A stretch of DNA of 64,000 nt from the NCBI GenBank assembly GCA_965644265.1, contig OZ286464.1, forward strand, positions 89,528,001 through 89,592,000, read 5' to 3'. The notes under the pieces were generated by a model. It saw only the letters and a program-made list of their open reading frames with translations. It searched no databases and was not told the origin of the DNA. Shown here piece after piece: positions 25,361 to 39,259 of this stretch; position 1 is the stretch's first letter; each line of letters starts with the position of its first letter. Origin of the DNA: Glycera tridactyla (Eukaryota). The translations under genes were made by a program, and so were the position numbers.

Positions 25361-25578
25361 GAGGGCGCGACAAGATGGCCTCCCACCTGCCCAGGGCAGG
25401 AATATTTCAAAGGTGGGCAGGTTGATTTTGAAACCTACCTGCCTGTTGGACAGATAGAAAATGATGATAGATCCAATGAACATATAATGGGGGCATGCTG
25501 AATTTTGAAGCGGGCAGGTAGATCTGAAAGTTACCTGCCCGCTGGGCAGGTGGATATTTTTTATGTTGTTGCGCCCTG
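25361..25578. mobile_element. MITE of the GGGCAGGT-motif family
   Basis: GAGGGCGCGACAA...TTGTTGCGCCCTG termini; interior similar to 13561-13765; no TSD recognisable. Confidence 0.55.
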
Positions 25579-27433
25579 CAATCACTCTTCATATGATTTG
25601 AATGTTGACATTTCAGAGGCTGTATCATCTATTATTCCGGCATGTGTCAGCCGTGCACATTCTGAGATTTTTTTCTTCGCAGGTCCTGAATGTTGTTCCC
25701 ATCATTCAGCTCTCACCCTGCGCAGCTCCTGGTATTTAGTTCAGAGAGTAAAATGACCTAGAAATATGCAGGAGCTCAGAATAGATAACCACCTTGCGAC
25801 CTTCAGGAAAAATTCTAGACATAAACTAAAAGCCCACCTTCTGGCCTCTGATATAAGTTTGCATGAGATGAAGGGACGAACATTTTTGTATTGCAAAATT
25901 TGCATCACTTGAGAAATTTTGATAATGCACTTTTGCTAAAAGTGACCAATCATGAGAAAATACAACTGAAAATTCATGGAAAATTATTCACTTTCATCTA
26001 CCAAGAACTCAATAATGAAGTTCAGGCTAACAGGCTGCAGCAGCAAACCAGACTCCGGTCTGACTGCTTGTCATCATACACATGTATAAACTCTAGTGTA
26101 TGAGCTGTATACATCTGTACGAATGTAGGAGTGCCCATTGTCCATTGGCCAAGACCTGATGTTTATCTGATGAAGATGATGCTAAATATATTCTGATAAT
26201 CCAAATCAAATCAAATTGAATCACATCAAAAAACCTTCATTCACAATACCATTTTTGTGACCAAACTTTTTGGAAAATTGTACAGTTGAACCGATGAAAA
26301 TGCGATCCTAGAAATGGATAAAATATGTGATGGGAGAGGAAATTGATGGTGACAGCACAATTTCCGAATATAAGAGTGACCATGAATGACAAATTTGACC
26401 CAAGACATTTGTCCACTCACTTCGGAAGCAAAATAGATGAGAAAACAAATTTTGTTATCTCGAAGGATCTCTCTGGACAGAGCTGATGCCATTCAATAGG
26501 TCAATAAATGCTTTGAAATGGCAGTCAACAGCTTTACATCCTTGAAAATATCACATCAAATCTCGATTGTTTATTGGTTTGATTTACGGCATTTCAATTG
26601 GGCTGGTGACAAGTGGGATGTGAAATCTGCTCATAAATTTGTTAGTCGGGCGAATGAAAAGAGTGATATGGTCATCAAAAACAATCGGCCCTCAGGCCGA
26701 AATGGCATGTTACTCTCTGATGCTGGTTTATTGATCCTATTTCCAATTTCCACATCATATGCAGTCGTTCGCTGACCAAATATCACATGCCCTTGACTCT
26801 TGCACCTTCAAATTTGACGGTTGAAGCTTCATGTTGCTACCTGTGGGTCACCGAATAATACCAAATTGTAAACCTGACTACCAAAAATTAAAACTTAGCA
26901 GCCAGCTGGCTCCTGAAATCTCACAATTTTTTTTCAATGATTCACCATCGACTGGCAACTGAAAATTGGATTTGACTTGATTTTCCTGACAGGAGCCCAG
27001 CCCTGGCAGTACAGACTTTATCTCAGTGAGACCTATGTCACTAGCATTTAGTTGCAGTGCTGCAAATAGTGTTTTGGCGGTCCACGGCCAACAAATTTTT
27101 ATGTGGACCATTATAGTTGCGAAAGGACACTGGCCCACCCTGTCAACCAAATTTCCTTCCAAGTTGGCATAAGCTGATATAGACAGACCACTAGAAGGGT
27201 GTGCTGGTCATGCAAGTCGCTAGATTTGGGCATTCCAACTTGTTCACTAATTTACTTACTCCTAATCGCTGCACTCTCTACATCAGATATATGTTAAGTT
27301 AAGTTTGATACTGGTAGCTGAAGTTTTCTGTCATGTCTGCTGTCCACCAAGTTTTGATGCGAGCCAACAAGTTCGTCAATTTTGTGGCCTACTCCAGCCA
27401 ATAAATTGCTGGAACTTGTTTGCATGTACCCAA

Positions 27434-28075
27434 TCACAATCACTTCTGACTCCATTACAGTCTGCCCATGAGCATGGGACTAGGGGTGCTGGAAGAGGTG
27501 ATTTTGAACTGCCACTTTTTCGGACTTGTCAGTCTCAAAAAAGCTTCTCATACATGGGCCCAAAAAGTTGGAACAACCTTCCCTCGGAAATCAAAGAATT
27601 ACAAACTCTTACCAAAGAAACTTTCAAAGATCATTTATTCAAGTGGCTTCAAACCAGATGATTGGCTATGTCCTATCTCGCGAGTCTTATTCCAATATCT
27701 TCGATGACAGTTTTAGGAAGAACGGTATTTCTGAAAGCAAATATTCACTGTAACAGAATGTTAAGTGTCAGGCAATTGAGCGAATCATCTACTCTCTGTC
27801 TTTCTCATGATATTACTCATCCATGTAACTGACTCCATTTATCGAACAATAGCCGTACCATGTTATCGAGAAGCTTGTTAGTATAGATTTCTATAAGTCT
27901 TCTATATGACTAGCATCATTTTCCTCTTTCTCCTTGTGCAGGTTTTAATCATATGTTTTTTTCATGTTGAATTATACTTGTCACGGGTTGTTGAAAATCT
28001 GGTATCTCTGTATATCTGACTCTGTTATCCGTGAATGAAAAATAAAAGTTTCTTATCTTATCTTATCTTATCTTA
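27434..28075 (+). mobile_element. Short 3' fragment of an L2/CR1-group LINE
   Basis: Encodes ORF2 C-terminus HEHGTRGAGRGDFELPLFRTCQSQKSFSYMGPKSWNNLPSEIKELQTLTKETFKDHL; 3' UTR ends AATAAAA plus (TCTTA)5. TACCCAA at 27427-27433 and 28074-28080 is a possible TSD. Confidence 0.8.
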
Positions 28076-28087
28076 CCCAACTTAAGG

Positions 28088-28320
28088 ATTATCATGTATA
28101 CCATGTGTTTCAGATCTGTAAGTGCTGAATGTCTACTACCCCTTACTAGTATCACTACCATACAACCTGAGTACGGAACATTGGGTTGTAGAATGGAACT
28201 AGTTGGCAGTTCAGACACACCTCTACCCACACCAAATACACTAATAGTCCTCTATATGACCTACATTATCATGTGACTAGCTGGAAGTTGACACTCAAAC
28301 CTGATAGCAATGTTCTTAAA
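28088..28320 (-). mobile_element. Retroposon 3'-end family copy D
   Basis: Diverged copy, CAGTTCAGACACACCTCTAC...GACACTCAAACCTG shared. Confidence 0.6.
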
Positions 28321-28935
28321 CCAAGTGCAGTACTTTGGATTCCAAACAAGGAAATGTTTTAGGTTCAGGAAGCAGTTCAGGAATGTGTTCAATTACTAAT
28401 GCTCAACTTGAAACCAATGATAGGTACCATGTGCTCACAATACAACACCTGAGACCATTTTACTGAATGATTAAGAATGAAGTTAGAAGCATGAGATGGG
28501 TACAAAGAAAAAGAAACCTGGTGATAACATGAACCCCATACATCAAAAGCTATGGAGAAGCGTGATGATGCTACGACTATGCCACCTCATCCGTGATGGC
28601 AAAATTTCCAAGTAAATGTTGCATGCCCATTGGTGGCTGCCATCTATACAGACGCTGCACTAACCATACAGAACAGGTCTTAGTGAAAGGCAGTGATTCG
28701 AAACAAGGGCAAGCATATCTGATGAGAACAAAACATCAACAAAGTGGCCAGAGGCCATCATAATGCCCGACCCTGGCATTATCCATCAATCAGTTCCACT
28801 TATCTCATTCACAGTGACAACCAAATAATCGATAACAATTGATATCATGAGGGCATCTATCCATATTTGGAGTGCGGCTCATCAAGAGTGAAGTATGCCA
28901 TGGAACTTTCCCGGTCCAATCCAAATCTGTTGGTA

Positions 28936-29095
28936 CAGTGAAACCTGTCTTGGGAGACCCCTCTTTTGAGAGACCACCCTCTAATGGGAGACCGCTCTTT
29001 ATTGGCTCTTCTCTATTTGACATAGACAAATATACCCCCATTGAGAGACCACCTGTCTTGAGAGACCGCTTTTTGTTGGCAATTGGGTTTTACTG
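28936..29095. mobile_element. Tc1/mariner-like MITE
   Basis: TA-CAGTGAAACCTGTC...GGTTTTACTG-TA with GAGAGACC motifs. Confidence 0.7.
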
Positions 29096-29484
29096 TACTT
29101 GAATCATAAAATATGTTGATGGTATATCTCAAACATGATAGGAAAATGAAATTGCCCTCAAAGAGGAATTGTATCAGTTGCTGATATCAGGAGCTCACAA
29201 TCACAAAAACACATCTGACATATTAGAAAGATTATCCGTTATCTGATGGAAGCGGGAATTCTGTCTGACAAAATGTCAGACAAGATGGAGAGAGTTCAGA
29301 TAACAGTGATCCAAATGTCAGATATGAAGTCAATTGTCAGACAATGGGTTATACTTTATCTGTGGGACACTTCATCTGACGTAGCTCAAAATGTTTTCGC
29401 TGAGTGCTGAGATATAGGCACCATCATCGATGCAGTCAGGCCCATTCAATCATGCCTGGAGTCAATGTGAGTGGATTATAAACA

Positions 29485-29662
29485 CAATTGAACCTCCTCT
29501 AAAGACCACCTCTCTATGAAGACCACCTCCCCATAAAGACCACCCTGAGCTGCAACTGTCGTAGTATTTTCAACAGTAAATGACCTCTCTACAGAGACCA
29601 CCTCCCTATAAAGGCCACTTTTTGATGCGACCAAAGGCGGTCTTTATAGAGCGGTTCGACAG
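29485..29662. mobile_element. Tc1/mariner-like MITE
   Basis: Near reverse complement of 44918-45095. Confidence 0.75.
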
Positions 29663-31792
29663 TAATGATTTCATTAGAACCTCTATTTCAACAGGACAGC
29701 AGATGAGCTTATTTGATTCCATCTTGATGAGAGGGTTTAATATGAGCGCAGTGTGCTTATCATTACATTTGTATTTATTTAAAAACAGGTTGTACCAACA
29801 AGTTATGAGATTGGATAAGATGATAAAATATTACTAATTTTTTATCGCTCATATCTCATCATTTAATCAAATTGGTTCCAGAGTTTTATGTTGCTACCTG
29901 TGGGTAGCCCAATAGCTACAAAATTTACCATTTGGCTACCATATTTTGGAAGTTAGTAGCAAACAGCCCTTACAAATTTGAGAGGTTGTAATACTGGCGT
30001 TTCTCACTAGCTCTTCTCTAGTCTTGGAGGGTGAAATGAGTGGCAATAATACTAGTTCCGGAGACGAGGATATCTGCAGCCAGGGATATCTCATTAAAAT
30101 TCAGTAATCTCCGATGAGGGGCTTTAATCAATGACCTCCTGGTGACTTAGTTCTGACCCCTTGTAAAAATGTACTTCCCCTTGTAAAAATGTACTTCGGT
30201 CATTTACCTCTCCCTGTCATCTGACCGGAAGTTGTGATAATCGAAGCCACATATCTGATTTCACTCTCACCAGCTGACCACTGATCTGAGATGTGAGGTA
30301 ACAACTGCATACCAACATCACAGGGGTCCTGTCTGGAGGAGGCACAGTCTGACTGCCATCCCCTGCATATGATTACTCACAGCACACATCCAGAAAAGTT
30401 GCAAATTTCAGACCAAAATCTTCCTGGTTCACTCTTGTGTAATTATTCCCATATTACGTATAATGGTGACTGGTTTTCCAATAGATATGTATGGAAGCTC
30501 TGAAGAGCCCATGAGTGACAGATCAATATGAAAAATGAGATATAAAGTATCACCCCTATTGCTTATCATCTGTAGTGAGGAGGCCTTGTCCGCGGAACTA
30601 AAATTATCAGGCTGTCTGCGCATGCCTGGACCCCCCCCCCCCCCCCCCCCAATAAGGCCATCAAGAGAAAGGTGAGGAATGCGTGTATTGACAATGTATT
30701 GACTTGCTACCAACATTCAGCAATTGGTACCTTGACATTGTATTGACTTGCTACCCCCATTCGGCAATTGGTACCGAAAATATCAAATCAGGAGCCAAAT
30801 GTCTCCCAGATATTTCGACCAAGATAGACCCCTGGTGTCTGAATTCTATTAAGCTATGTTACCTTGCTGGGATCAATCTATTGCATCCCACTATTAGTGA
30901 GACAGCTGATTCATTAATTGTATTTCTCATAGAATATGAATCTTCCTGTCATCATTTACCTGAATATACTTGTCAGTCATTCAATCACCAGCTCCCTTTA
31001 CAGATGAACTCAGGTCTTCCCACTTCAGGATCAGAATAATGACCTATCGATTGATTCCCAAAGTACTGCAGTTCCAATCCCTAACACTAATTATAGTATT
31101 ATAGGCTCTGTGGAAAACAAGAAGCCAATTTTGTGAGCTTCCTTTCTTTCATCAAACTCAGAATGTCACTCACTCCATCTTCACTTAAATCCTGGACCTA
31201 TTCAGCCAAAATATTAAGTGGCACCCTTTCCTATCCTGACACTGAAAGCCATACTGGATGATGGACATTCCCATAGACCAGGATTCAGATGTGATTTCTT
31301 CGATTCTTCACCAAATAATGAAACCAATTGCAGGCAGCGATATGGCGCAATTATCTGCCCAGCAATTATACTGCCAATCTGTCGAGAGAATCTCATCTGA
31401 TCTTGTTTCCATTGATCACCACATCCCTATCTCCAATTAACCAGGAGTATCCAACCCATCTCCGCAGAGGCTGTAATTGACTATTGCCTGGCTACCAACA
31501 TTTGGCAATGGCTACCAAAAACATCCATTTAGGTTAAGTTGACCATCTTTTTGGGGGGCTCAAGATTTGGTGTGAAAAATTGAACATGTATGTCAGAACA
31601 TGAGGTATACAAACTGCGGGGAAGCAGTGAGCAAACAGGGTTGATACCCGGACATATTGATCCAGGCAATAATACTGCAATAAAGTCTGATAGTAACGCA
31701 ATAAACCAGTTCATAAACAGGCACCAGGCTGGCAAATAGTGAAATAACTTCAAATTATCTAGCAATCACTCCAAGTGGAGAAAAACACTCAC

Positions 31793-32285
31793 AACAAGGC
31801 ATCAGCGGATGCAAGGTCCCCCACCAATGTGGACGCAATTACAGGGAGCACCTCTGCCTCTTGAATTGCCCATGGGTAGCTGATCACCTGCCCAAGCTTG
31901 GAAGGGAATAAATATGCCAGTGCACATTCACACATGAAGTTGCTACGGGGAAAGTTAATTTGGTATGAATTGGTGCATTGGTTTCAGACATATGTGTTCC
32001 GCAAAAAGTATACCTTCCGAAATATTCTAGGCCCTGCAACTTCTTAGGGCAGTCGATCACCAATCCGAGCACAGAATGGATGTGTCAGTGCAAATGTACA
32101 CATGCAGATGCTCTAAGGATAGGCAAATTGGTGCCAATTGGTGCAGCAGTTATGGCTCCATGGGTTCCGCACGGTCAGATGCATGCACGGACAAACATAT
32201 GGACACACAGACGGACACACAGATAGACAAACAGATGGACACACAGACACATTTCATAGTCCTCCTCCCAGTGTCCAAGCAGCAG
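31793..32285 (-). mobile_element. Decayed HINE-like element
   Basis: AACAAGGCATCAGCGGATGC hairpin plus GTCCCC at left; GGAC/CAGAC microsatellite and ATTTCATAGTCCTCCTCC at right. Confidence 0.45.
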
Positions 32286-32635
32286 AGCACAAATACAGAT
32301 GAATGGTTGATGGATGGAGAACACCTCATAGGGAAGAAATGTTTTTTGACTTACATATGGACCCGGCTTAAGAAAAACAGAAGACATGACTCTGATCAAA
32401 CCGGCAGAGGAAAGTGCCAAGGATAAAAACCTCACCAACCCACTCAATGTTTACTGCTGGAGAAAATTGACTGGTGATCAGCGGACCAAATGAACAAATT
32501 AATGAGATGAGATGACAAAGGAGTCCTGGCCAATGTCCAACCATGCCGACCAAATAATGGCAAGGAATAAAATAATGCATGGAAAAACCAATGATGGAAG
32601 TCTCACGCCAACATGCCTGGTGTACTTGGCTCAAA

Positions 32636-32764
32636 NNNNNNNNNNNNNNNNNNNNNNNNNNNNNNNNNNNNNNNNNNNNNNNNNNNNNNNNNNNNNNNNN
32701 NNNNNNNNNNNNNNNNNNNNNNNNNNNNNNNNNNNNNNNNNNNNNNNNNNNNNNNNNNNNNNNN
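32636..32764. other. Assembly gap
   Basis: N run. Confidence 1.
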
Positions 32765-33438
32765 TTGACACATTTTATGGACCTGTTGCCTGTGCATCAT
32801 GTCACTGATGTGAAATTAATGAAAAAGTTTGTGTTTAGCCACGGTTTCTAATGGAAATTTGAGATTTGCAGCATATTTTGTGTCCCATATCGGTGCACAC
32901 ATGCACACACACTTGCACGCACTCACGCACACACACAAAATTTATGGCAATGACCAGGCCTATCAACAAAATCATGAGATGACAACAACTTTCCAGCTGC
33001 CATAGCTGACAAAAGATTCCGGATGGAGACCTGAAAGCTCCTGTGAGGACCATGAACTTCTTGCCTCTTCTACGGAGACCAGGCAGAAGCAAACGGTCAG
33101 TCCACTACGTCAGTGTCAAGACCCTACTGCTGACCGGCTTCCCTTTCACAGGTCACCTCCCCTTTCAGCAGTCAAATCATCAGTCAGTCTTGACGTCTCA
33201 AGTCAACAAATAAACCTCAAACAATTGCTCACCCTAACTCTCTTCAACATGTGGTTTTCAACACATAATCAATTTTCCATCCTGGTTTTCCTCTAGGATG
33301 AAAAACCTTTCAGCAAAATGCAAATAATTCTAGTGATTCAAAACTTCGTAGACGGATAGAAAGTATTCCATGAGATCAGTTCAGCAGAATGAATGCCAAA
33401 TCAATTTCTATTGATTTTCTCATCAAAACAAATGAAAT

Positions 33439-33678
33439 TATTGATTGATTGTTTGAGGTTTAACGGCATGTATCAACCCACAGGATTATTTATGCCGTGT
33501 GTTCCTGCTTAATGAAAGCTAGATGTTCTCTCGCCTGCAGACATCACTCTCACAAACCCTGAACACAAGATGATGGGGAACCTGAAAGGTTGTCAAGTGG
33601 AAGTAGCTGACAGTTCAAACACACCTCTACCTAATCTAAACATATACAAATAAACCTAGGATGGCATATCTAACTATA
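33439..33678 (-). mobile_element. Retroposon 3'-end family copy E
   Basis: Well preserved: TTGATTGATTGTTTGAGGTTTAACGGCATGTATCAACCC... Confidence 0.75.
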
Positions 33679-35930
33679 CAAATGAAATTAGGAAATCGTC
33701 CATCCACAATAAACCACCACCACCATTGTCCCATCAAATTCCACAACAGTCCAGATATTCAAGTCAACAAACCTCAAACAATCACTAATCTGGTTTACAA
33801 ATCATAACCAGATTTCAATCATACTTCACAACCTGTTTTGAGAAAGTCATGAATTCATCCAGAGAACTTAAACGAACACATGGCATCATCTTGATGTAAT
33901 AAAGTCTCCAAAATGCGGTCTCACAAAAGAGGTGATCTCTCATCAGAGGTATATTTGAACATATGAAAGGGGAAGGCTGCTTGCATCGCCCTTTTAGCAA
34001 ATCAGAACTTATTACTGGATCTATTTTTTCTGAAACAAACATCTCCTGGTCAAATTCAAAGAAAAATGTGACAATGTATGGCTCTGAGATCAAAAGTTGT
34101 GCTGACTGAAGCAAGACTGAAGATGCACAGACACGGAGCAGACACAACATGTATGTTATCATTTGACCATGTTTGGGCTTCAGACTCCTACACAAGCTGG
34201 TAATGCGAAGTGCCTGTCAGGCATGACTAGCCAACGGCTCTGTGTATGCACACTCTATTGTGGTAACCAGCTCCGGCCAGATCTCTGTTGACCACTGCAC
34301 AAATAACCTTTCTGATTTCCAACACTTGCATTATCCTCATGGGCATCCTGATGAGATGGATCAACACAACCAATGCCAAAAGCAAGAGATTGGAATCACT
34401 GAGTTTAATCTACTTTGAGGCATTTGAAGTCATCTGAACCATTGACAGACCACGGAGATTTCATCATTGGTCGATAGAGTTTTCTGCAAACTTCAGTTGG
34501 GAATCAGTCTCTAATTTTGGAATAGATCAATCAGGAATCATTTTGAGTGATCAATAAAACATTCTGCAATAGCACTAGAACAATATTTCATGTAGCCAAT
34601 GTGGCTAAAGTAGCCATTAAACTTTTGGCCAAATCATCCCCGCTTTAGCCAAATGCAGTGTCGGATGACTCTAGTTTTGTCATCGCTTTCATTTCAAACT
34701 GGTGTATCAAGCTCCTGACACAAGAGTTTTGTTTCCCAGCCCCTAAATCATATATAAAACAGCAGAATCATAATCAATATTTGACTGATACTTGAAGAGA
34801 CAACTTTAGTGACATAGGAATGGTGAGTGACATTGGCCTTAGAATTGAGAAGGCATGACTTCACCAATAAAAAGGCATATAAAATCAATAAAACAATACA
34901 CATTTCTGTTGAAAAAAATGTCACTGCCATATAAGACTTTTTGCCAACAAACAATTTTAAGACAGCTCTCTCAGTGGGTATTTGTGTACCATCACAACCA
35001 ACATGTACTCAAGTACATGTGGTCACATGAAACTGTTTTTGTGGCAACAGATGAGAAAATAATTTCTTGGTACATGTGACAAAGCTGAAGGCGGCGATCA
35101 TGATGACACCTGGCTTGTTGGAGATTGCGTTGATCTCGGACATCCATCGGTAGCCGATGGCTAGTTCTGCTGATATGAAAGGCAGCAGGATAAGTCCACC
35201 TCCAAATGAGGCCGCCCCTAAAAGGAACCTAGGACTGGGGTTTGTGGCCACTCTTTGGGAGCACAAGACAGCTTGCGCCTTCACAGGCTGGGCGGTTGGT
35301 GCCATGCTGGAGATCCCAGGTTCAAATCCACAAGGAATCGAATGATTTCTGAAAATTTAATTTGTACATTTTAATGGTGTATCATAAAACATAGTCTCAT
35401 CCTCACCTAGGATGTCTCTCGAAAAACTGTGAGTGCAAAGAGAACCTGCAATCCATATGGAATCGGATGATTTCTGGAAATGTAATTTGTACATTTCATT
35501 CTAACCTGGGGTGTCTCAACTGTGAGTGCATAGAGAATGAGTAGAGAGAAAGAGTGTACTAGGGTCATGCAGAGCTGTGTGTATGTACATGTACTAGAAC
35601 ATTAGCGGTAAGGTAAACAGCCACAATCAATTTGATCATCAGTCTACACAAGGTCCCTCATTGATTACCCCGGCACAGCCAGCAACTTCCCAGACCCGCT
35701 CCTCTGCATACCAAGACCCACCTGTAATAGCCCAAATTATGCAACACAGAAACTCCCAGTTACAACACCATACCAGAGTCCGGCCTGTATCACTCTCTTT
35801 ATCCAAAGGCTAGAATATTACATGTTCAACTACAGTCGATCCTGTCTATAAAAGCCATCTTCCGTCGCAGCTAAACATAGACTTTATATGCATGTGGTAT
35901 TTATACAGAGATCATGTACTGTTAAGAACA

Positions 35931-36106
35931 CAGTGAAAGCTGCGACGAGAGACTGCCCTGAATGTCACCGAAAAGCGGTCTCTCAAAAGAGGTGGTCTCT
36001 CTTCGGAGGTATATTTGACTATGTCAAATACAGAAGGTGCCCTGGAAAAGCGGTCTCCTGCCGGAGGTGGTCTCTCGTCGGGGGTCTCTCGTCGCAGGTT
36101 TCACTG
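35931..36106. mobile_element. Tc1/mariner-like MITE (9677 family) nested in another MITE (about 35833-36150)
   Basis: CAGTGAAAGCTGCGACGAGAGAC...GTCTCTCGTCGCAGGTTTCACTG; host MITE core continues on both sides. Confidence 0.75.
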
Positions 36107-37117
36107 TACTACCATGGTCATAGGTCAGGGTGGCCTTTATAGAGGTGATCTTTCGATCAGTCAACTTTTTCTTACAATGAAACCTGTGATAATAAAGAAA
36201 CTGCCCCAAATGTCACCAAAACCTGGTCCCTGTGAGACATATATTGACCAAAGTGAAACCTGTGACCACCCTAAATATCACCAAAAAGAGGTCTCTCAGA
36301 AGAAGGTGGTCTTGTGATGAATTGACTATGTCAAACAAAAATACTACCCCTTGAGGTCGCAACCATCATTCAGTATACTTCAGACAAGTATATATTTTAT
36401 CCAAGCATAACAAACCATTTCTTTTGGGCTTCAGCCCCTGAATTTTTCTTTTGATCTTCTCTGTAATATTTTTCTCTACCCACCAACACAACATGCCATT
36501 GCTCACACACACACACATATCATCCACCCACAGCTACATAAAATCATCATTGGCATTGTGTATGATTGTAACTTTCGAGTGACTAAGCAATGAGATCACC
36601 AACCTCAACAACCTTGTCTATCTACTTTATTGGTTCATGTCTGACTGAGAGCAACATCGGCCCTTCTGTCAGACTTACTCCATAAGAACTTAATATATAA
36701 GTAGGAAATAGGCCCGATGAGGTCGTCCTACAATAGGATGAACGCGTTTGCCACATCAATCTTTTTTTTCAATCCAGTATTTTAGAACTGACCATAACTT
36801 CAGTCTTGAATAATCCTGCCTGGGTTGAAGAGATGTTAAGTCCTACTCATTCAATTAATCAACCCCATCATATGAGTTTGAATGGTTTATGAGTAATATG
36901 GTATTAGCTGGGAAGATACATGTACCAGCATAGTCCAGCAGGATTACCGGTCTCTATGCTCCAATACATCCTGCGATATATCAACATGAATGCAGGCCGA
37001 TAACTGAGACAGTTACCATGTACTGCAAGGATGCCCCGAACAAAAGAAAATATATGTGAGCCATTCACGTGTCATGTCCCATTCCTAGGTGCCCCAAACC
37101 ATTTTGTTATAGAAGTA

Positions 37118-37263
37118 CAGTCGAACCTCTCTTAAAAGACCTATAAAGTGGCCTTTATAGGGAGGTGATCTTCATAGAGTCTGAGAGGTCATTCACTGTT
37201 GAAAATAGTACCACGGTCACATCTCAGAGTTTATAGAGGTGGTCTTCAGAGGAGGTTCAACTG
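37118..37263. mobile_element. Tc1/mariner-like MITE
   Basis: TA-CAGTCGAACCTCT...GGAGGTTCAACTG-TA. Confidence 0.75.
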
Positions 37264-37297
37264 TACTGTGAATTACACATGTCCTCAATGAAATACC

Positions 37298-37502
37298 TAT
37301 GTGTATGTTGAGTAGGTGGGGTTGTGTCTGAACTGACAGCTACAGCACTTGACAACCTTTCAGGTTCCCTATCATCCTGTGTTCAGGGTTCATGAGAGTG
37401 ATGTCTGCGGGGGAGGAAACATCTAGCTTCCATTGACCAGGAACACATGGCATACATAATCCTTTGGGTTGATACATGCCAGTCTGTTTAACCTCAAACA
37501 AA
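37298..37502 (+). mobile_element. Retroposon 3'-end family copy F
   Basis: Reverse complement of copy E, ends ACCTCAAACA. Confidence 0.75.
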
Positions 37503-37837
37503 TGCTGAATTACAGAAAGTAAACCTCCTTTCTAAAAACTGGAAAACATTGAATCATGTCGTGTATCAGGTACACTCCCTGGGGGCTAACATATTTTGTC
37601 CTGTGTTCTCGGATCTAGGTCAAGAATTCTTGGAAAGAGCAAAGGTGCACCAAGCTGGTGAATTAGCAGGCAAACTTAGAAACACTATCGCTGCATGACA
37701 ATCTCACTCTCTGTTGCCAACTTATTCGCGCAATACTTTTTATATCCACAAAAATCAAAAACCTTGAAGCTTACCCGTCCTAAGCAGCCATTAGACCAAA
37801 CAGGAAATGGTTTCAGCCACCACTGAAATCTACTCAG

Positions 37838-38110
37838 AATGATTGAATGATTGATGTATCAACCCATGTTCCTGGTCAATGAAAGCTAGATGTTCTCTCC
37901 CCTGCAGACATCACTCTCACAAACGTTGAACACAAGATGATGGGTAACCCGGAAGGTTGTTAAGTGGAAGTGGCTGACAGTTCAGATACACCTCTGACTG
38001 TCTAATATAAATATGTTGAACCTTAATATGACATCTCACTATGTAACTGGCTGGAAGCTGACACTCAAGCCAGATAGTAATGCTTCCATTTTGAGCAAAG
38101 TGCAGTACTT
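37838..38110 (-). mobile_element. Retroposon 3'-end family copy G
   Basis: Same block; extends to CAAGTACTGCACTTTGCTCAAAATGGAAGC on minus. Confidence 0.7.
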
Positions 38111-38965
38111 GAAACGAGGATCTATTCAGAAGAGATTTGACCTTATTTGGAAATGAAAGTGGATGCATTTGACGTTCTTAGTTTTGGCACCATGATGTCT
38201 TGTAGTCAGCATCTATTTGATCTAAACCATGAAGTTTTGGATCTTGATGACAATTTGAAAATAGTGGAGACTCAGCAGGTATTTCTTGCAATAATAGGAA
38301 CAATCTCCTCGACTCAATCTTCCTCCCACTCAAATATTCAGTCAGCTCCATTGACAGCGAGACCACAAACATGATTTATAACACCATTATCCGATCGTGA
38401 AATATGCAAATAAATTTGTCAGAGCCATCAAAATTCTGACAACTGTGCATGCATCTGATAATTCGATCCTCAAGATGAACAGCTGCACAAGAATCCCAGA
38501 TTAATGCGTGGGAGATTATGCACACACCAGACTATTTAGCAATTCAATACATGAATCAGAATGCATCTGGCCATTCTTTCACATGAAACAGATGCCAACA
38601 CTCAAATTGATAAATTTTGTCAGTGTTTGGTCAGAAATGCCCCTATGATCCGAATGGCATCTCAGATAGTAAGTGAGGAATCATGCCTGCAATATCTGAA
38701 GTTGACACCCTTTGACATTGCAAGATTTCTAGATTGCAAGCTTCCAGTGATGCAGACCCAAACAGCGCCACTGTCGGGCCACACATATCATACATTCACT
38801 ACCAATGATGCGATGGACTGGATGATTGAGGCTACTAGATTGCTGGTCATGATGTGACTAGAATCAACAAGGCCACAGAGGGTACCCCATATCGCACACG
38901 GAAGCACAGTGGGTAACCCAAATCGGAAAAGGTCATTGAGAAGTTTGGTTGGCTATGTAATAAGT

Positions 38966-39090
38966 CAGGTTTGTGAGAGTGATGTCTGCAGGGGAGAGAC
39001 CATCTAGCTTTCATTAACAAGGAACACACGGCATACATAATCCTGTGGGTTGATACATGCCGTCAAACCTCAAACAAACAAACAAACAAA
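38966..39090 (+). mobile_element. Retroposon 3'-end family copy H (short)
   Basis: Ends GCCGTCAAACCTC plus (AAAC)n. Confidence 0.75.
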
Positions 39091-39259
39091 ATCACTGGAT
39101 CACTGTGTAGAATGTGAAAATCTAAGAGTAGCACCTGTAACCTTCACCTCGACCTATGACATGCATTGTAAGGGAGATGTTGCAACATTGCTTGATCATC
39201 CCAGATCAGTTGGATCTTTATCCAACAATGCTAGCCGGAGTTATTGTGAGATGCGGAAA

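Noticed and set aside
35074-35217. Tyrosine recombinase (DIRS/Ngaro) identity for GAASF...GYRWMS
   Set aside because: Spacing differs from the H-x-x-R...GRWxS...Y pattern and the catalytic Tyr is absent.
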